A DNA stretch of 32,307 nt. Origin: Atractiella rhizophila. Its lineage: Eukaryota. The position numbers were made by a program, and so were the translations under genes. Shown here piece by piece: positions 12,169-25,120 of this stretch. Position 1 is the first letter of the stretch. Every line of letters begins with the position of its first letter. The notes under the pieces were generated by a model. It was not told the origin of the DNA. It saw only the letters and a program-made list of their open reading frames with translations, and did no database searches. The DNA is taken from assembly GCA_021432655.1 (NCBI GenBank), contig MU271684.1:1-32307 (forward strand), written 5' to 3'.

Positions 12169-15100
12169 ATGTCGGGTGTGGCGAGCGCAAACGCCAAAGT
12201 GGGCGTGGCGGAGGTGGTCAACACGTTCATGAAGCAGCGAAAGTCGCAGGATTCGGCTGGGCGCACCTCTGGGGAATCTCAGCGGAGTCCAGCTGAAAGT
12301 TCGAGTTCGAAGGAGAAGGAGAAGAAGGCCAGTCCTCCCCTGCCCAGCGTGTCTGAGGAGGAGAGAGGTGCGAGTTTGCACGTTGGTGATCGTGGTGGAC
12401 AATCTTCTGGGAAGGGGAAGGAGAGTGTGGATGGGAAGGGAAAGGGGAAGGCTGTCGATTACTTCTCCTCGCCTAGTCCAGGCACCGGTCCATTAGGTTC
12501 AGGTTCTGCCTTGACATCTGCATCTACATCTGCGTCTGCGCCAAAGATGGCACAATCACCATCACCCCTTTCCCTCTCCATCCCCACAACCACCTCACCC
12601 TCACCTCCTCGTCCCTCCCACATCTCCACCCTCTCCTCCCTCATCCCCCCATCCGCCACCACCCCCTCCACCTCTCCCTTCTCCCCCTTCTCGCCCGGCG
12701 CCCCATCCCCCATGCGCGGTCCCTTCACGCGCGCCGACAGCGAACGCGGCTCCCACATCTTGCGGTACGGCGATGTGCCATTGATTTCGACTCCGAGCAG
12801 GAGGAAGAGCTCGCTGGTCAATGTGTGGGGACATGGAGGACACGGCGGTGGGAGCGGGAGCGGGAGCGATGCAAGGAGACGGAGCCATTTGGGTACGGCC
12901 CCGGTCAGGATGGCGTCGGGGGAGAGCGCGGATATGGGAAGAGGTGCGGGTGTGGGTGCGGGTGCGAGGAGGGCAACGGAGGGAGATGCCATCTCGTCTG
13001 GCGGCGCTGGTGCTGGTGCTGGTGGTGCTGGTGCTGGTGGAGAGGGAGAAGGGAATCTGTTGACGAGGATATTGAGTGAAGAACCAGAAGACCACTTGCA
13101 CGGTCCCATCCTCCCCGGCCAAACCGGAGCTGGCTCTCAACCCGGTTCTCCAAAGGGATCACCGAAGGCGGATCGGGACTCGAGGCAGAATTCAAAGGAC
13201 TCTGGTGCAGTTGGAAAGGAGAGGACGGGGGCTGGAAGGGTGGGATGGAGCGCTATTAGGCAGAGGTTTGGACCGGAGAGGTGGAGCCAACATATCGACA
13301 ATAAGGATGACCCCTCCGCCTTCCTCTCGGGCGAAAACCTCCTCACTGACCTCACCGTACCCCTGTTGCCGCTTGCGATGTTGAAGATGAGTCTGACGGA
13401 TAGGGACGAGCACAATAAGAAGAGGATACCGATCCTCATGAATTATCTCAAGCTTAGGATCACGGATAGCGCGCACTCTTTGAGCCAACAACACGCTGTT
13501 TTTCGCATCGAACTCGAGTATGGAGATGGGCTCTTGAAGTGGGTCGTTTATAGGGAGATGGCCGACTTTTGGAACCTTCATGGGAGATATAAGGTCGCGA
13601 ACTTGAGACATGAGATTCCGAACTTGCCAGCGTTCCCAAAGATCGGTCTGCCGTATTGGAATTTGTTGAAGGGTGGAGGAGGCGGAGGAGGAGATGAAGA
13701 TGAAGAGGAGAGGGAGAAGCATATGCAGGAGATGGGGATGGGTGGGAAGGAGATCAGTAAGGAGAAATTCAATAGGATTCAGAGGGAAAGATTAGAGAAT
13801 TACCTCTTGAAACTCATTCGTGCTGTCGTAAGATCTTTTTCTTTTCCATCCTCGCCACGACAGATAATGACGATGTTACATCCAGATGTTCCGTCCGGAA
13901 GCCAACCGTCTCTGCAAGTTCCTCGAGATCTCCGCACTGTCCATACAGCTCGCAACCGCTGGAGCTGGGGCGTTCCAGGGCAAACAGGGCTACTTGTCTC
14001 TGCACGTTTCGGGTGGAAGTGGGAGTGGGATCTCGAGGAAGGGATTGAAGGGTTTTCATCCGATGCACTTCAAGAAGAAGCACGAGCCGAAATGGTTTCT
14101 GGTCAGGGAGAGCTACATCGTTTGCGTGGACGAACCAGACGACGTACGTTCCCTTCCTTTTTTGCGTGAACGTATTTGAATGGGGAATGATGACTTGATA
14201 GCCGACGATTTACGATGTCATCCTCATCGACTCGGATTTCGTCATTGAACGCCCCAAGCGATTGTACAAGCAAGGTCTCCATCTGTTGCAGCACCACAAG
14301 GACGAGAAGACGACTCCTTTCACAGAAGACTTGAAGTCCGACACAGCGACTACCAGCACCAGTCCAGTCGCCACAGGGAAGTCGGGCGACTCTGCCACCT
14401 TCAACGGTGCAGAGGATCCCGCGGATCCTTCCACCACGAACTCGGCGCCGGCGAAGAAGAAGGCGGTTCGAGACGCGTCGTCCCATACCTTTTACGTGAA
14501 GAACTCGGAACGTCGTCTGAGACTGGTGGCGAAGAATGAGAGGCAGATGGACCAGTTTGTGGCTAGCATTGAGATGATGGCGAAGAGGTCGATTTGGGCG
14601 GGGAAGAATAGGTTCGATTCGTTCGCTCCGATTAGGATGAATGTGGAGGCCCAGTGGTTGGTTGATGGGAGGGATTACTTTTGGAACCTCAGTAAGGCTA
14701 TACTGATGGCTAAGGAATCGATTTAGTGGGCTAACCTTCTCGCTTTGGCTTGCTTGGAAGTACTGATGGGTGGATAGTATCCATGATTGGTGGCTCTCGC
14801 CGGAGCTATACTTAAGACGACCGCCGGCTGCTAATGGTGCGACTTCATCTGAGATATGTGATGGACACTGACTGAATGGATGAACAGAAAAATGGAGACT
14901 TGATCATCTGTTACAACGAAAAGCAAAGGAAGGAGTGAAGATCTTCGTCATTGTCTATAAGGAAGTCTCCAATGACTTCACGTATGTTCAACACGTTCCT
15001 GCTGCTGATCTAGGCTAAAAAATATGCAGGCCTGTGGAGTCCAATTATACCAAAACGCGTCTCTTGGGACTTCATCGGAACATTCACGTCCAACGGTCTC

Positions 15101-18100
15101 CTTCACACGGACTGACACCTCAATTCTGGTCCCATGTATGTTTTCTTGAATACCACATGTGGATTCAGCTTATAAGGATGTTGCGTGTTCAGCATGAGAA
15201 GATGTGCGTTATTGACCAAACGATTGCATTCATGGGGGGCCTCGATCTTTGTTTTGGACGATGGGATACCCCAGGTCACGTTCTGATCGATGATGGGCCG
15301 ACGGGGATGGGGATGGCGCGTGAAGAGATCCCTGACGATGTCCAAATCTGGACTGGGAAAGATTATTCGAACGGGAGAGTGTCGGACTTCTTTACTCTTT
15401 CGAAGCCAGAAGAAGATATGTACGACCGGAACAAGGTACCGCGTCAGCCATGGTGCGCAAGTTCGCCCTCAAAACGGTGATATTCTAATAGAATGTTAAG
15501 GCACGACATTGGGCTCCAGCTTGTTGGACAACCAGCAAGGGATCTCTGTCGCCATTTTGTGCAGAGATGGAACTACCTACTTCGGACCAAGAATCATACC
15601 CGTCTCATGCCGTTCCTCCTCCCTCCTGCAGATTTCACACCTCTCGAATTAGCCCAGAAGAGGATCTTTGGTACCTGCGAAGCTCAAATCTGCCGGTCTG
15701 CAAGCCCATGGTCTATTGGGACACCGAACAAGGTGGAGCATTCCATTCAGACGGCTTACATCAAGGCCATCCAACTTAGCGATCACTTCGTCTACATCGG
15801 TATGCCTGTGATCCCTCCCTTCTCACGCGTTAACTGGTCCATACACTACAGAAAATCAATTCTTCATCTCTTCCACTCTCGTGGAAGGTGTTGTTATCGA
15901 GAACAAGATTGGCGATGCTTTGGTGAGCAGGATCATCCGCGCTCATCATGAAGGGACGGCGTGGCGGTAAGCTCAGGTATAGTTGTACAATTCCGACTGA
16001 TAACACGAGGTAGTGCCATCATCGTCATCCCTCTCGAGCCTGGATATCCTGCCTCACTTGACTCGGCAGAGGCTGGTTCTGTCCGTCTCATCCTCGAATG
16101 TCAGAATCGCACTATCTGCCGTGGGCAACACTCGATTTTCGGACGTCTTAGGAAGGAGGGCATTGATCCGGATGAGTACATCACCTTTTTCGGCTTGCGA
16201 GGTTGGGGCAAGCTAAAGAATGGCTGCTTAACGTCTGAAGCTGTGAGCCACTTTCCCGCCATAGCCGATTGAACTGACCCTGGGGATAATGTAGATCTAC
16301 ATTCATGCCAAGGTACATTCCTCTTCTTCCCTGGATTTCCATATTAAGGCTTTGATAGTGCATGGTCGTCGACGACAGGGTTGCCATCATCGGCTCCGCT
16401 AACATCAATGAACGCTCACAACGTGGCGACCGCGATTCTGAACTTGCCTGCGTCATTCGCGATACAGACATGATGGAGTCAACCATGGGGGGCCGTCCTT
16501 ATCAAGTTGGAAGATTTGCTCACTCCCTTCGAGTCCGTCTCATGAGGGAGCACCTTGGGATTGACACGGATGAGATGGAGGCGCGCGAATTAGGCCTCGA
16601 TGTTCGCTCGAGAGATTCAATCAAATCCTCTCAAGCCCATAGCACCCATAGTGCGCCGTGGGATCCAGATCGCGAACAGCAACAAGGTATGCACGAGACG
16701 CAGAAGCATGGACATGTCAAAGGCCAAGCGGAACAGGCGAAGCATACGGCTCGTCATGTTGCTCACGAAATTGCCAATGTAGCTGCAATCGAGTCGGATC
16801 GAGCTGCTCAGGAATTTGCGGATGGTTCGAGGAAGGCTGAAGATGAGGTGGGAAAGGAAGTTCATCGCAGGGACAGCGGAGTGAAGACGGAGGGGGAAAG
16901 AATTGCAGACGGAGAACTTGGAGAGAAGGGTTATGCTGGTACAGTGGTGCCAACTTTGGAAGAGAAGGTAATCGCTGAAGGCCGGCCCTCAGTCACTTCC
17001 GACAAGTCAAAGGAGGATCAGAGCGTTCGCAATACTGAGTCGAAAGATGGTGTTTCTGTGGAGGCTCATTCGGATGCCGATAGAGTGCTAGAATCGGGAC
17101 AAACTACGCCATCCAATCCGAGACAGAAGGAAGGTATCAACCAAGTCCATCCTGAGTCTGACGACGTTCGCAAGTTCAGTAAAGAAGGAGATTCGATAGC
17201 ACCAGAAATTCAAAAAGTCGACGGCACCGCAAAAATCATGGATAAAAAGGCGCCGTCAGAGATAGTCGACGCCGCTCGACCTCCTTTCGAAGATCCTGGC
17301 CCGGAGGCAAAAGAACCTAAGAAGTCAAAAAACCCAGGTCTCAATCTTCATATTCCAGAAAGCCATGGGAGAGATCGCAGCGCTTCAGTTGCCTCAAACG
17401 CATCCACGTCCGGTCGACTTAACGAGAAACTTGCGAATCACAATAGCATCAACAACCGTCTTCGTTCCAATATTCGTCAACCTTTCTATTCCGTCCCTCT
17501 TCCTCGGCCACAGGTTCATGCCAACGGGTTTGACGATCCTCTTGACGATTCCTTCTTCAAGGATGTTTGGCTCGCAAGTGCGGTTAGAAACACAGAAATC
17601 TTTCGAAAGGTCTTCCGCTGCATGCCCGACGACTTAGTCATGACCTGGTCACAATTTCGAGACTGGCAGAAGTACATGGACAAGCACAATAGACCTGCTA
17701 AAGGACAAGCAGAGCCCCCTGCCACCGCAAACGCGTCGACTGTCAACATCGAAGTCCAACCTCCACCGAGCGAGAAGAGCAGCGCGATGCAATCTGAGGA
17801 AGATCTTGACACAAAGCGCAATCGAACGATCAGTATGGGAACAGCGATTAGTGGTCCAGGAGGAGAAGATATGCAAGGTAACCCTACGACGACGAGTCAA
17901 GGTCAGCAGTCGAATCCAGATCATGGTCACAAGAAGGAAGCGACACAGAACCAAACGAAGGACAAGAAGACGAAGAATCAGCCTCAAGTGGAGGGATTCC
18001 CACAGGAGGAAAGGGATCAAATGGAGGCGCTCCTGGATGAAGTTATCGGGCAGTTGGTAATATACCCCACCAGGTAGGTCTTGCGTCCTTCGGAATGACA

Positions 18101-18298
18101 CTCCTGACATCTGCTATTAAACAGGTTCCTTGAGTCTGAAGATTTGGCCAACAAGTTAGTGGTGCTTCCGCCTGTCCACCGCAAGCTGATCCAGTGCTTT
18201 ATAGTTTCCTCTTCCAAAAGGATCGTCTGCCTCCACTCTCGGTGAGCATTTTCCATATTCTGGAGCTCTGCTGACTCCCGCTATAGATCTACAATTAA
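12169..18298 (+). CDS. SPO14: Phospholipase D1 (PX-PH-HKD-HKD)
   Basis: PX-like region (FRIELEYGDGLLKWVVYRE..DFWNLH), PH-like region (PKWFLVRESYIVCVDEP), NRFDSFAPIR, WLVDGRDYFWNLSKA, HDWWLSPELYLRRP, HKD1 FWSHHEKMCVID, HKD2 IYIHAKCMVVDD...GSANINERS, C-terminus YPTRFLESEDLANNFLFQKDRLPPLSIYN* (TAA 18296-18298). Confidence 0.96.
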
Positions 18299-18519
18299 AT
18301 TCTTTGCATTCTCACTAAAAAATGTACAGTACCTGCAAGCCCAACGCGCATTCACATTCTCAATGGACTACTTTTGGCGGTCAAATTTTACTTTATCCTT
18401 ATAATAACGCCAGTTTGTACAATGAAACGGATATAGGTTCACTTTCAAACTGATCTCATGCCTTCAGGTGCGGTTATCCGTGCATTCACCAATTAACTTC
18501 TCGCTTTAGACAAGGGCCA

Positions 18520-18819
18520 ACGCGTTGAAACGCGTCACGAGCCCGTTTCTGCTATTTTCTAGGCACGTGTAGACGTTACGTAACAAATCGTAGGGTTAGG
18601 GGTTATTAGAACTCCCCATATATACGCGTTTCCCTTCCTCCCTCTTTCTTTCCAAATCCTTTCCCCCAAATTCAAAACCGAAGTCGAATTTTTGAAACTT
18701 GAAAAATCTCCCGGAAAGATGCCTAGGACTGCTAAGAAAGGTGAACAATAATTGTTTTCTATCTTCCCACCTTCCCGCGCGACCCAGTCCTTCCACTACT
18801 GGATTTTCGCGGGACGCGT
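18520..18819. promoter_or_regulatory. Cluster of ACGCGT (MCB-like) sites around the start of the YABBY/HMG-like gene
   Basis: ACGCGT at 18520, 18530, 18624 and 18814 (the last in intron 1). Confidence 0.45.
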
Positions 18820-19153
18820 TCTGACCACTTCTTCCGTTATTTCATGCAGATGCAGGAGAAGCGAAGGTAAAGAAGGCAGCCGCCAGTTCTGGAGGGACGA
18901 AGAGGAAGTCTAGTGCTTACAATCTCTATATCAAAGTGCGCCATTTCTTGTTTAGGGCGGGGAGCAGTGGTGAATTGGGGTGTTGTTTGGCTAGTCGGCG
19001 CTCGCGGAACTCAAAGCCAGTAACCCTGATATGCCACATAAGGAGCGCTTCAAGCTTGCTGCTCAAAAGTTTGCCTTTTTTGCCTCGTGAGAGCTTCCAT
19101 GTTGACCATGAAATAGGTGGAAGACTCATCCCGACAATCCGAAGAAGGAGTAA
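18719..19153 (+). CDS. Small YABBY/HMG-box-like DNA-binding protein (missed by the ORF track because of splicing)
   Basis: Four exons splice to MPRTAKK..GEAKVKKAAASSGGTKRKSSAYNLYIKSALAELKASNPDMPHKERFKLAAQKWKTHPDNPKKE*. The pattern SAYNxYxK...LK..NP...HKExF..AA..WK matches the YABBY/HMG-like motif. Confidence 0.85.
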
Positions 19154-20577
19154 AACAAACTTTCGGTTCAGTTTCACAGTGTGCTGTTGGTGTAGTGTTT
19201 TCAGTGCTCTGCGGTCTTTGAATGTTGTTTCCCATTTTGATACTTGGATCGTTTGCGGTCATTCGTGGTTCTAGTGTTGTGTTTCCTTTCGATTTGGTTG
19301 CTTCTCCATTTAATTATGTTACATGAACAAGTCTATGTTATGTCTCATCATCTGCAGCTGCTTGTGCATCGTGCGATCCCAATTCCGACACGAAAATGCG
19401 CCTCATGCAAAGCCTTTTCCTCTCTGGTTATCAAGATCGCGCTCTCTGGCGGACTCTTTGATGACCTTCAACCAGGCTTCAACAATACAACCTTTTGCGG
19501 ATGAACACTTCCTCTTCACCTGTGAGGAGAGGCAGTTTCAAGAAGAGCTCAGGACGCTGTTAATGCAATGATGGATAGCTCTCTCACTAACCTCACAAAT
19601 ACGATTGCACATGCTTTCTGCTGAATTGACTTTCCTAAATGCAGCTGGAAAGTCGCAAGCAATGGCATTGCAGTGCTCATGAATCTAGATGGTATGCGCG
19701 CCGAAGTAAGACATGCCAGTAACAGCACGAGGATACTTTTATTGCTACCGACATTCATTAGCATTGGCAGCAGTGTCGACATGGGCTGTATTGCATGGCA
19801 TCGGTCCCATCCTGTTGCGTTCCAGTACCGTCCCACTTCACTCATCATACTTCTGGTCACTCTGACTGCTGTAGTACTTCCTGAGTTCATTAGAGCTACA
19901 TATGAGGACAAAGGAGGATCGCCAAATTTACTTGTGACCTCATAGTATTGACGAGCATTCTGGTGCAGGTTCGCAAACGGCCCCATTTGTGTCAGTAATG
20001 ATGAATGTCCTCTACCAGGCCATTATTTACTAAAGACCTGATCGCTAACTTGTTTAGAAGGCTGAAGATAAAGTTTGCACGCATGATTGTTAGATAACAA
20101 CAATATTGTCGGAGAATATCAGCATGTCTGTGGCATGCTCCGTAGCAACTCCAACAACCGAACCCATGTAGTGCTTGTCTCTCCTCCATAATATTGATCC
20201 ACAACTGTCAGGTGTGAGACAATGGCATCTTAAGCTGCTTTTGAAGCTGTACACTTCAAATAGTAGGCGATGTTGCTGCTTGCCTTTCTGCCCTTCTTTG
20301 TAGAGCCTCCCCAGTCATCTTAATGATAATCAGACGGTAATGCGCATTTCATACTCCACTTTGTTCTTGTGTCATCAGCCGTGGCCTACACAAGGTAGTT
20401 AACTCCAAGCCTCTCTCACCGCGCGGTGAGACGGTAAGCGTGGCTAACGTCTATCATCCAACACGGAGAGCAGTGGGGTTGACCGATACCACCGTGTAAG
20501 TTGGGCAGTTCAACCCAATTTGCTCAAATGTATAAAACCTGTCCTTGGTGCTTTCCTCACCTCATGCAACTTCAACG

Positions 20578-21842
20578 ATGTTGTTCATCAGTTATCTCCT
20601 GGTAGCGCTTCCTCTCGCATCCGCGCTGTCTCTGGCAAACCTTTGGAAGAGAGCCACGACGTGGACACTCTCGACTACTTTCAAGACAGTGGATGAGTTT
20701 GCCGCTAGTATAGACATCCGAACATGGGCTTACGGTAAAGAACGAGCAGGTGTCGCGAGCGGGATTGGTGGAGAGAGGTGAGTGTTCTCAGTAACATCGC
20801 ACCTTCATTATCACCGATTATTTGTGTTCAGTGCGCAGAGTAAGGCCCTTCTTCATGACTTTGTGGACGAATACCAAGCGGTTGGGATTAGGTTTTTCCA
20901 TTTTCTACCCTAAAGGTACTTGGAATCCTAGTGATGGCAATGGCGGAACGGGTTTCTATGCCCACCCATTGGCATTGGGAGCAGCAAAGAACATTACATT
21001 CGAGTACTCGGTATGAACAGCCGACTCCAAACAAACAGTGATATTGATGCCTATGCAACAGGTTTATTTTCCCTCCGATTTCGACTTCGTCAAAGGCGGA
21101 AAACTCCCTGGGTTGTACGGGGGAAGGCAGAGTTGTTCTGGGGGTGATCCAGCTACTGATTGCTTCAGGTAGGCAGCTACCTTCGTACATTGTTTACGAC
21201 AGAAACGCCGTGTTGATTGGATGTTTCAGTACAAGGATGATGTGGAGGACCGCTGGGGCAGGTGAAGTGAGTCGCCCCTTTAAGTGAAAAAGCTTCTGCT
21301 CTAACATCGTGTTAGATGTATTTGTACGTGCCAAGGGACAAACAAGCTGCCAATATCTGCGCGATGGCCTGGTCTGGTTGCGACACGACGGACGGTATCA
21401 GGTTCACAATATCTCGTCCTACTCCCCATGCGCGAGTCCTGACTTCTTTCCGGTGTAGTATTTCTCGAGGCAGTTTCACGTTCAAGAAGGGTGCTTGGAA
21501 TAAAATTCGCCAAGATATTGTCCTCAACACTCCGGGCAAACAAGACGGAGGCTTCACCATATGGTTCAATGACAAAGCGGTCAGTCATGCCGACAGCGGT
21601 GTACGTCCTTCACTACCCGACCAGTGCAGACCATCATGGACGTTGGATAGGTTTACTACAGAAGCGTGAGCAGCGTCGCTACCATTGGTATTCAATGGGA
21701 ATCCTTCTTTGGTGGAAGCGACTCTTGTAAGCCCTTCTTTCCAATGGTTGCCAATCTTACATCTTTACCAATAATAGCTTGGGCAACTCCCAAAGACACT
21801 TTCACTTACTACACTCGTGCTCGTGTTACCATTAACTCTTAG
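20578..21842 (+). CDS. Secreted polysaccharide lyase family 14 protein (alginate/glucuronan lyase-like)
   Basis: Hydrophobic signal peptide MLFISYLLVALPLASA. Spliced motifs FYPKGTWNP, GGTGFYA, YSVYFPSDFDFVKGGKLPGLYGG, CFSTRMMWR..GAGEMYLYVP, RGSFTFKKGAW, VLNTPGKQDG, FFGGSDSSWATPKD. Stop TAG 21840-21842. Confidence 0.9.
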
Positions 21843-22364
21843 TAGTTTGCAATAACGATTTGATGAGGTTATGTGTTTCTTCTTTGGCACTATGAGCACG
21901 GTTCATTTGGTGTGCTGATGACTGTCCCCGTACGTTCTGGCGTATTGGAGGTAGGCGCAAGGCACTCACCTCTGGACAGGTTCTTAAGACCAGTCAGAGC
22001 ATAATGGAACTGCTTCCTGCTGCAATGACATATTGAGGAGGGATCGGGCAGGCGACGGTGCATGCGTGATCTCAACGCCGGATTGATTTTCGTTACGTAC
22101 AACATCGAACGCCGAAGAGACCTCAGCGAGGAAGATGCTTGAGGTAGCATGTTATGTATTGAGACCCGTCTCCTTAAATTGTTGTTCTTACATTGTTATT
22201 GTCACACCGGAACCTTCTTTTGCGAAGTTTGGTTTTTATAGATGCACATCGCCAGAAGTATGGCCACGATATACAGGAAACGATGCCATCGTCATGGGAC
22301 AGAACGGAGGATGAGCGTTAAATTCCCTTCGAGTTGCCAGGCCCGCAAACACCAACATAAAGGA

Positions 22365-22393
22365 AGGACAATGAACAACTAGCATAAAGAAAG
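22365..22393 (+). repeat. 29-bp exact repeat, copy 1 (upstream of family copy B)
   Basis: AGGACAATGAACAACTAGCATAAAGAAAG, identical to 24988-25016. Confidence 0.9.
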
Positions 22394-22487
22394 ACAGCAA
22401 CAATAATGACAACCACAAACGCTGTTTCAGCATAGTCGTCGAAACCATCATTGCTTTGCTCATCCCCACTCGTAAATTTACGGTCAC

Positions 22488-24283
22488 ATGGGACTACTAC
22501 AACTTGCTCGGAGAGCGAAGGACGAAAGATCTTCATCGAGCAAGAATGTGTTGACTGCACAAGTGCCCAAGGTCACGGTGCGAAGCCTACGAGTAAGCAG
22601 AAAATCCAATTGTTACTACATGATGGTCAGCTGTTCTTTAGATTCTTCTGAAGTCAGAATTACTCTCAACGTTAGGAAGAAAGAATGTGCTCATTTCGCG
22701 GTTGAGAAAGCATTACAAGTCTATGAAGGTTATCAAATTGAAGGTAGGATGTTTAGCCTAGTAGAATTTTGAGCTTGATGGTGTCATAGAAACGTCTGAA
22801 TCGCCATACAACCGAACTTGTTCGCGGGAAGCAGGGTCTAGTGAATCGCTTGATTGAAGAAATCAGCTCGTCAGCCACTAGTAGAATATGGCCGGGCTAT
22901 TCAAGGTATGAATCAACGTGTTACTCCATCGTCGCACAATTGTATTCATTACCAGAGAATTTAGACAAAGAGCAGGCTCGAAAGGCTTCTGCTCTCGCTG
23001 GCATCACGTTCCCTTCACCCAAGCAGACCCATTTACGTTTGACCTACTGGATTACGACGCGATTTCTCGAAATTCGTTCTTGCAAGAGTATATATATCGC
23101 AAGGTGGAAGAACTTCCCGCCCTTGACGGTCAGAATCATTCTTCAAAAGAGCGGGTCATGAATGTTCAGCAGTGGACGGACGACCACATCAAATCATGCC
23201 GAGCCATACCCATCTGCGGCGTGCCGTTGCAAGACTTCCTCCCTGCTCAACTTTTCGAGCTGTCCGAAGGTGAAGATCTTTCCTTTTCTGTCAATTTACC
23301 AATGTCCGAGTATTAGTTGAACTCAGCTATGTTGACGACTTTTCTCGTCCAACATTGGAAGAGCTTTCACGCCGGGATATCGCAATTGACTTAAGAGGCA
23401 ACAAGCTTAGTGCCGCTATTGAAGGATTGTCATTGGCCATCGGCTCTGGCAACATAGGAACAGCGCGAGGTCAAGCTATTCTGACCGGAATGACACATCC
23501 AATTTTTGAGCTTCTGGCAGAAAAGTATAAAGTTTTATTCAAAACATTGTCTCTGTGAGCTTCCTTCCCTCCTCGGTATTCTATCTTCCAACTTTTGGTT
23601 GATCAGCCGCGATCGACAGAACAAGGAAGACCGCATATTTTTGGCCGGCGGCATTATTTGGAAAGTCCCTCAACACCGGCAGGTTGTTGTGGAAGAGCCA
23701 GACGGTGACCTGGAGAATGAACTACCCATAGCTTCATTCATTTCGAAAATTTCAAAAGTAAGACATGTACACTCTATTCTAGTGAAGATGTTTTTAACAA
23801 GATTCGAAGCTCTCAGAGGTTTCTTTGAATGGCTCCACAGTACCAACGTCGTCCAAAATCTTGACGGGTCCTTCTCCTACATATTATGGGGAAGAAATTG
23901 GCACCATGCTTTCACAAGTCTCACAAAATGTGAAGGAATTCGGCATGCAAGATCAGGAGGTTGACTTACTTCCTGGCTCATGATCCATTTGCTGATTAAT
24001 ATGGCAGACTTACACCCTTTCACTGATTTACACCCGTCTTCACATTTCTGCTGCATTCTTCCCTCAGGATCTTTTACTCGTTGCCGCTTCGGGCACCAAC
24101 CCAATCCTCCCTGCCGATCGATACGTTTATCTCGTGCAGAGTGAGGAATACGAATTGGCAACGCAAGAAGGGAGACGAGAGGCTCTCCAAGCGGTGTTCG
24201 CGCTGACAAAATTCTGGTTGTCTGGCCGAGCCAGAGTTGCACGATTAAATAAAGCATTATCATCTATAGCTGGTGATGATTGA
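22488..24283 (+). CDS. Tandem-SAP plus pseudo-nuclease family copy B (apparent 1-nt frameshift near 23039)
   Basis: Exons 22488-22592, 22642-22743 and 22790 onward give KVTVRSLRILLKSELLSTLGRKNVLISRLRKHYKSMKVIKLKKRLNRHTTELVRGKQGLVNRL. Then QQWTDDHIKSCRAIP, AGGIIW, PIASFISK, PTYYGEEIGTMLSQ and QSEEYELATQEGRREA; stop TGA 24281-24283. Confidence 0.72.
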
Positions 24284-24987
24284 GAGGTGGACCTCTTAGA
24301 TATTGCAATCCTCTAATTGCTCAGTTTGGCCTCTCCTTCGATATTATCCACCATCTTGTGACCTCCGTGCTAGCCAATCCTTTGATACATCGAAACAGTT
24401 TGCAGGAGACTCCCATTGCAAAGAAATTGGCAATTGAACTTGCTTTTCATTTACTACTTTCTTTTCATCTGCATGGGTGCATCATTTGTCTGTAAACAAT
24501 GGTAAACCATTCCAAAGGGCATCATGGTCATCTCATCCATCCTTTCGATCCCGTTGCTTATGTAGATCCTCTTAACGTGCTTTCCAAAAATCAATGCAGG
24601 GTGAAAGTTCCATCTGTCTGGTCAAGCAAAAGTTAGGCGGTTAAATAAAAACACATCTTGACATTCATGCATATACTATCAAATTCCAGATTGTGATGAT
24701 ACCTTGGATGGCAACCTTCGAGAAACTAAACAAATCCTCTTCTCTCCTTAAACTAACAAGTTTCAGCAAATTTCGGACTTTTTGTTATGTTTTCTTGACG
24801 CCTTTGTTGGTGCGTTTGAGCTTGCTTACGTTAGTACAACCAAAAAAGCCCTAGATGGAAACAGCTGACTCCCCCTTGCTTGAGTAGACAGAGGCACTCG
24901 CAGAACGGCCACGTTATATATACTAAAACAGCGATGCCATCTCAATGGGCCCTTTGAATTGCTGGGCCACGCAGCGCCATGCCAACG

Positions 24988-25016
24988 AGGACAATGAACA
25001 ACTAGCATAAAGAAAG
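24988..25016 (+). repeat. 29-bp exact repeat, copy 2 (upstream of family copy C)
   Basis: Identical to 22365-22393. Confidence 0.9.
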
Positions 25017-25120
25017 GAACAACAATGACTGTCCCATCGTCTTATTTGATGAGCTAGATCATTGCTTTGCACGGCATAATCCTGATCTCTGCCTCATCAG
25101 CCCTCGAAAATTACGGCCAC

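Noticed and set aside
12459..13722. Several long antisense and alternate-frame ORFs
   Set aside because: Shadows of the GC-rich low-complexity N-terminus of PLD.
16560..18000. Long charged/polar inserts after the second HKD motif of PLD
   Set aside because: Disordered insertions are common in fungal PLD1; no separate domain recognised.
19250..20350. ORFs of 70-145 aa between the YABBY-like and PL14 genes
   Set aside because: No recognisable motif and no consistent splice model; cannot support a gene or transposon call.
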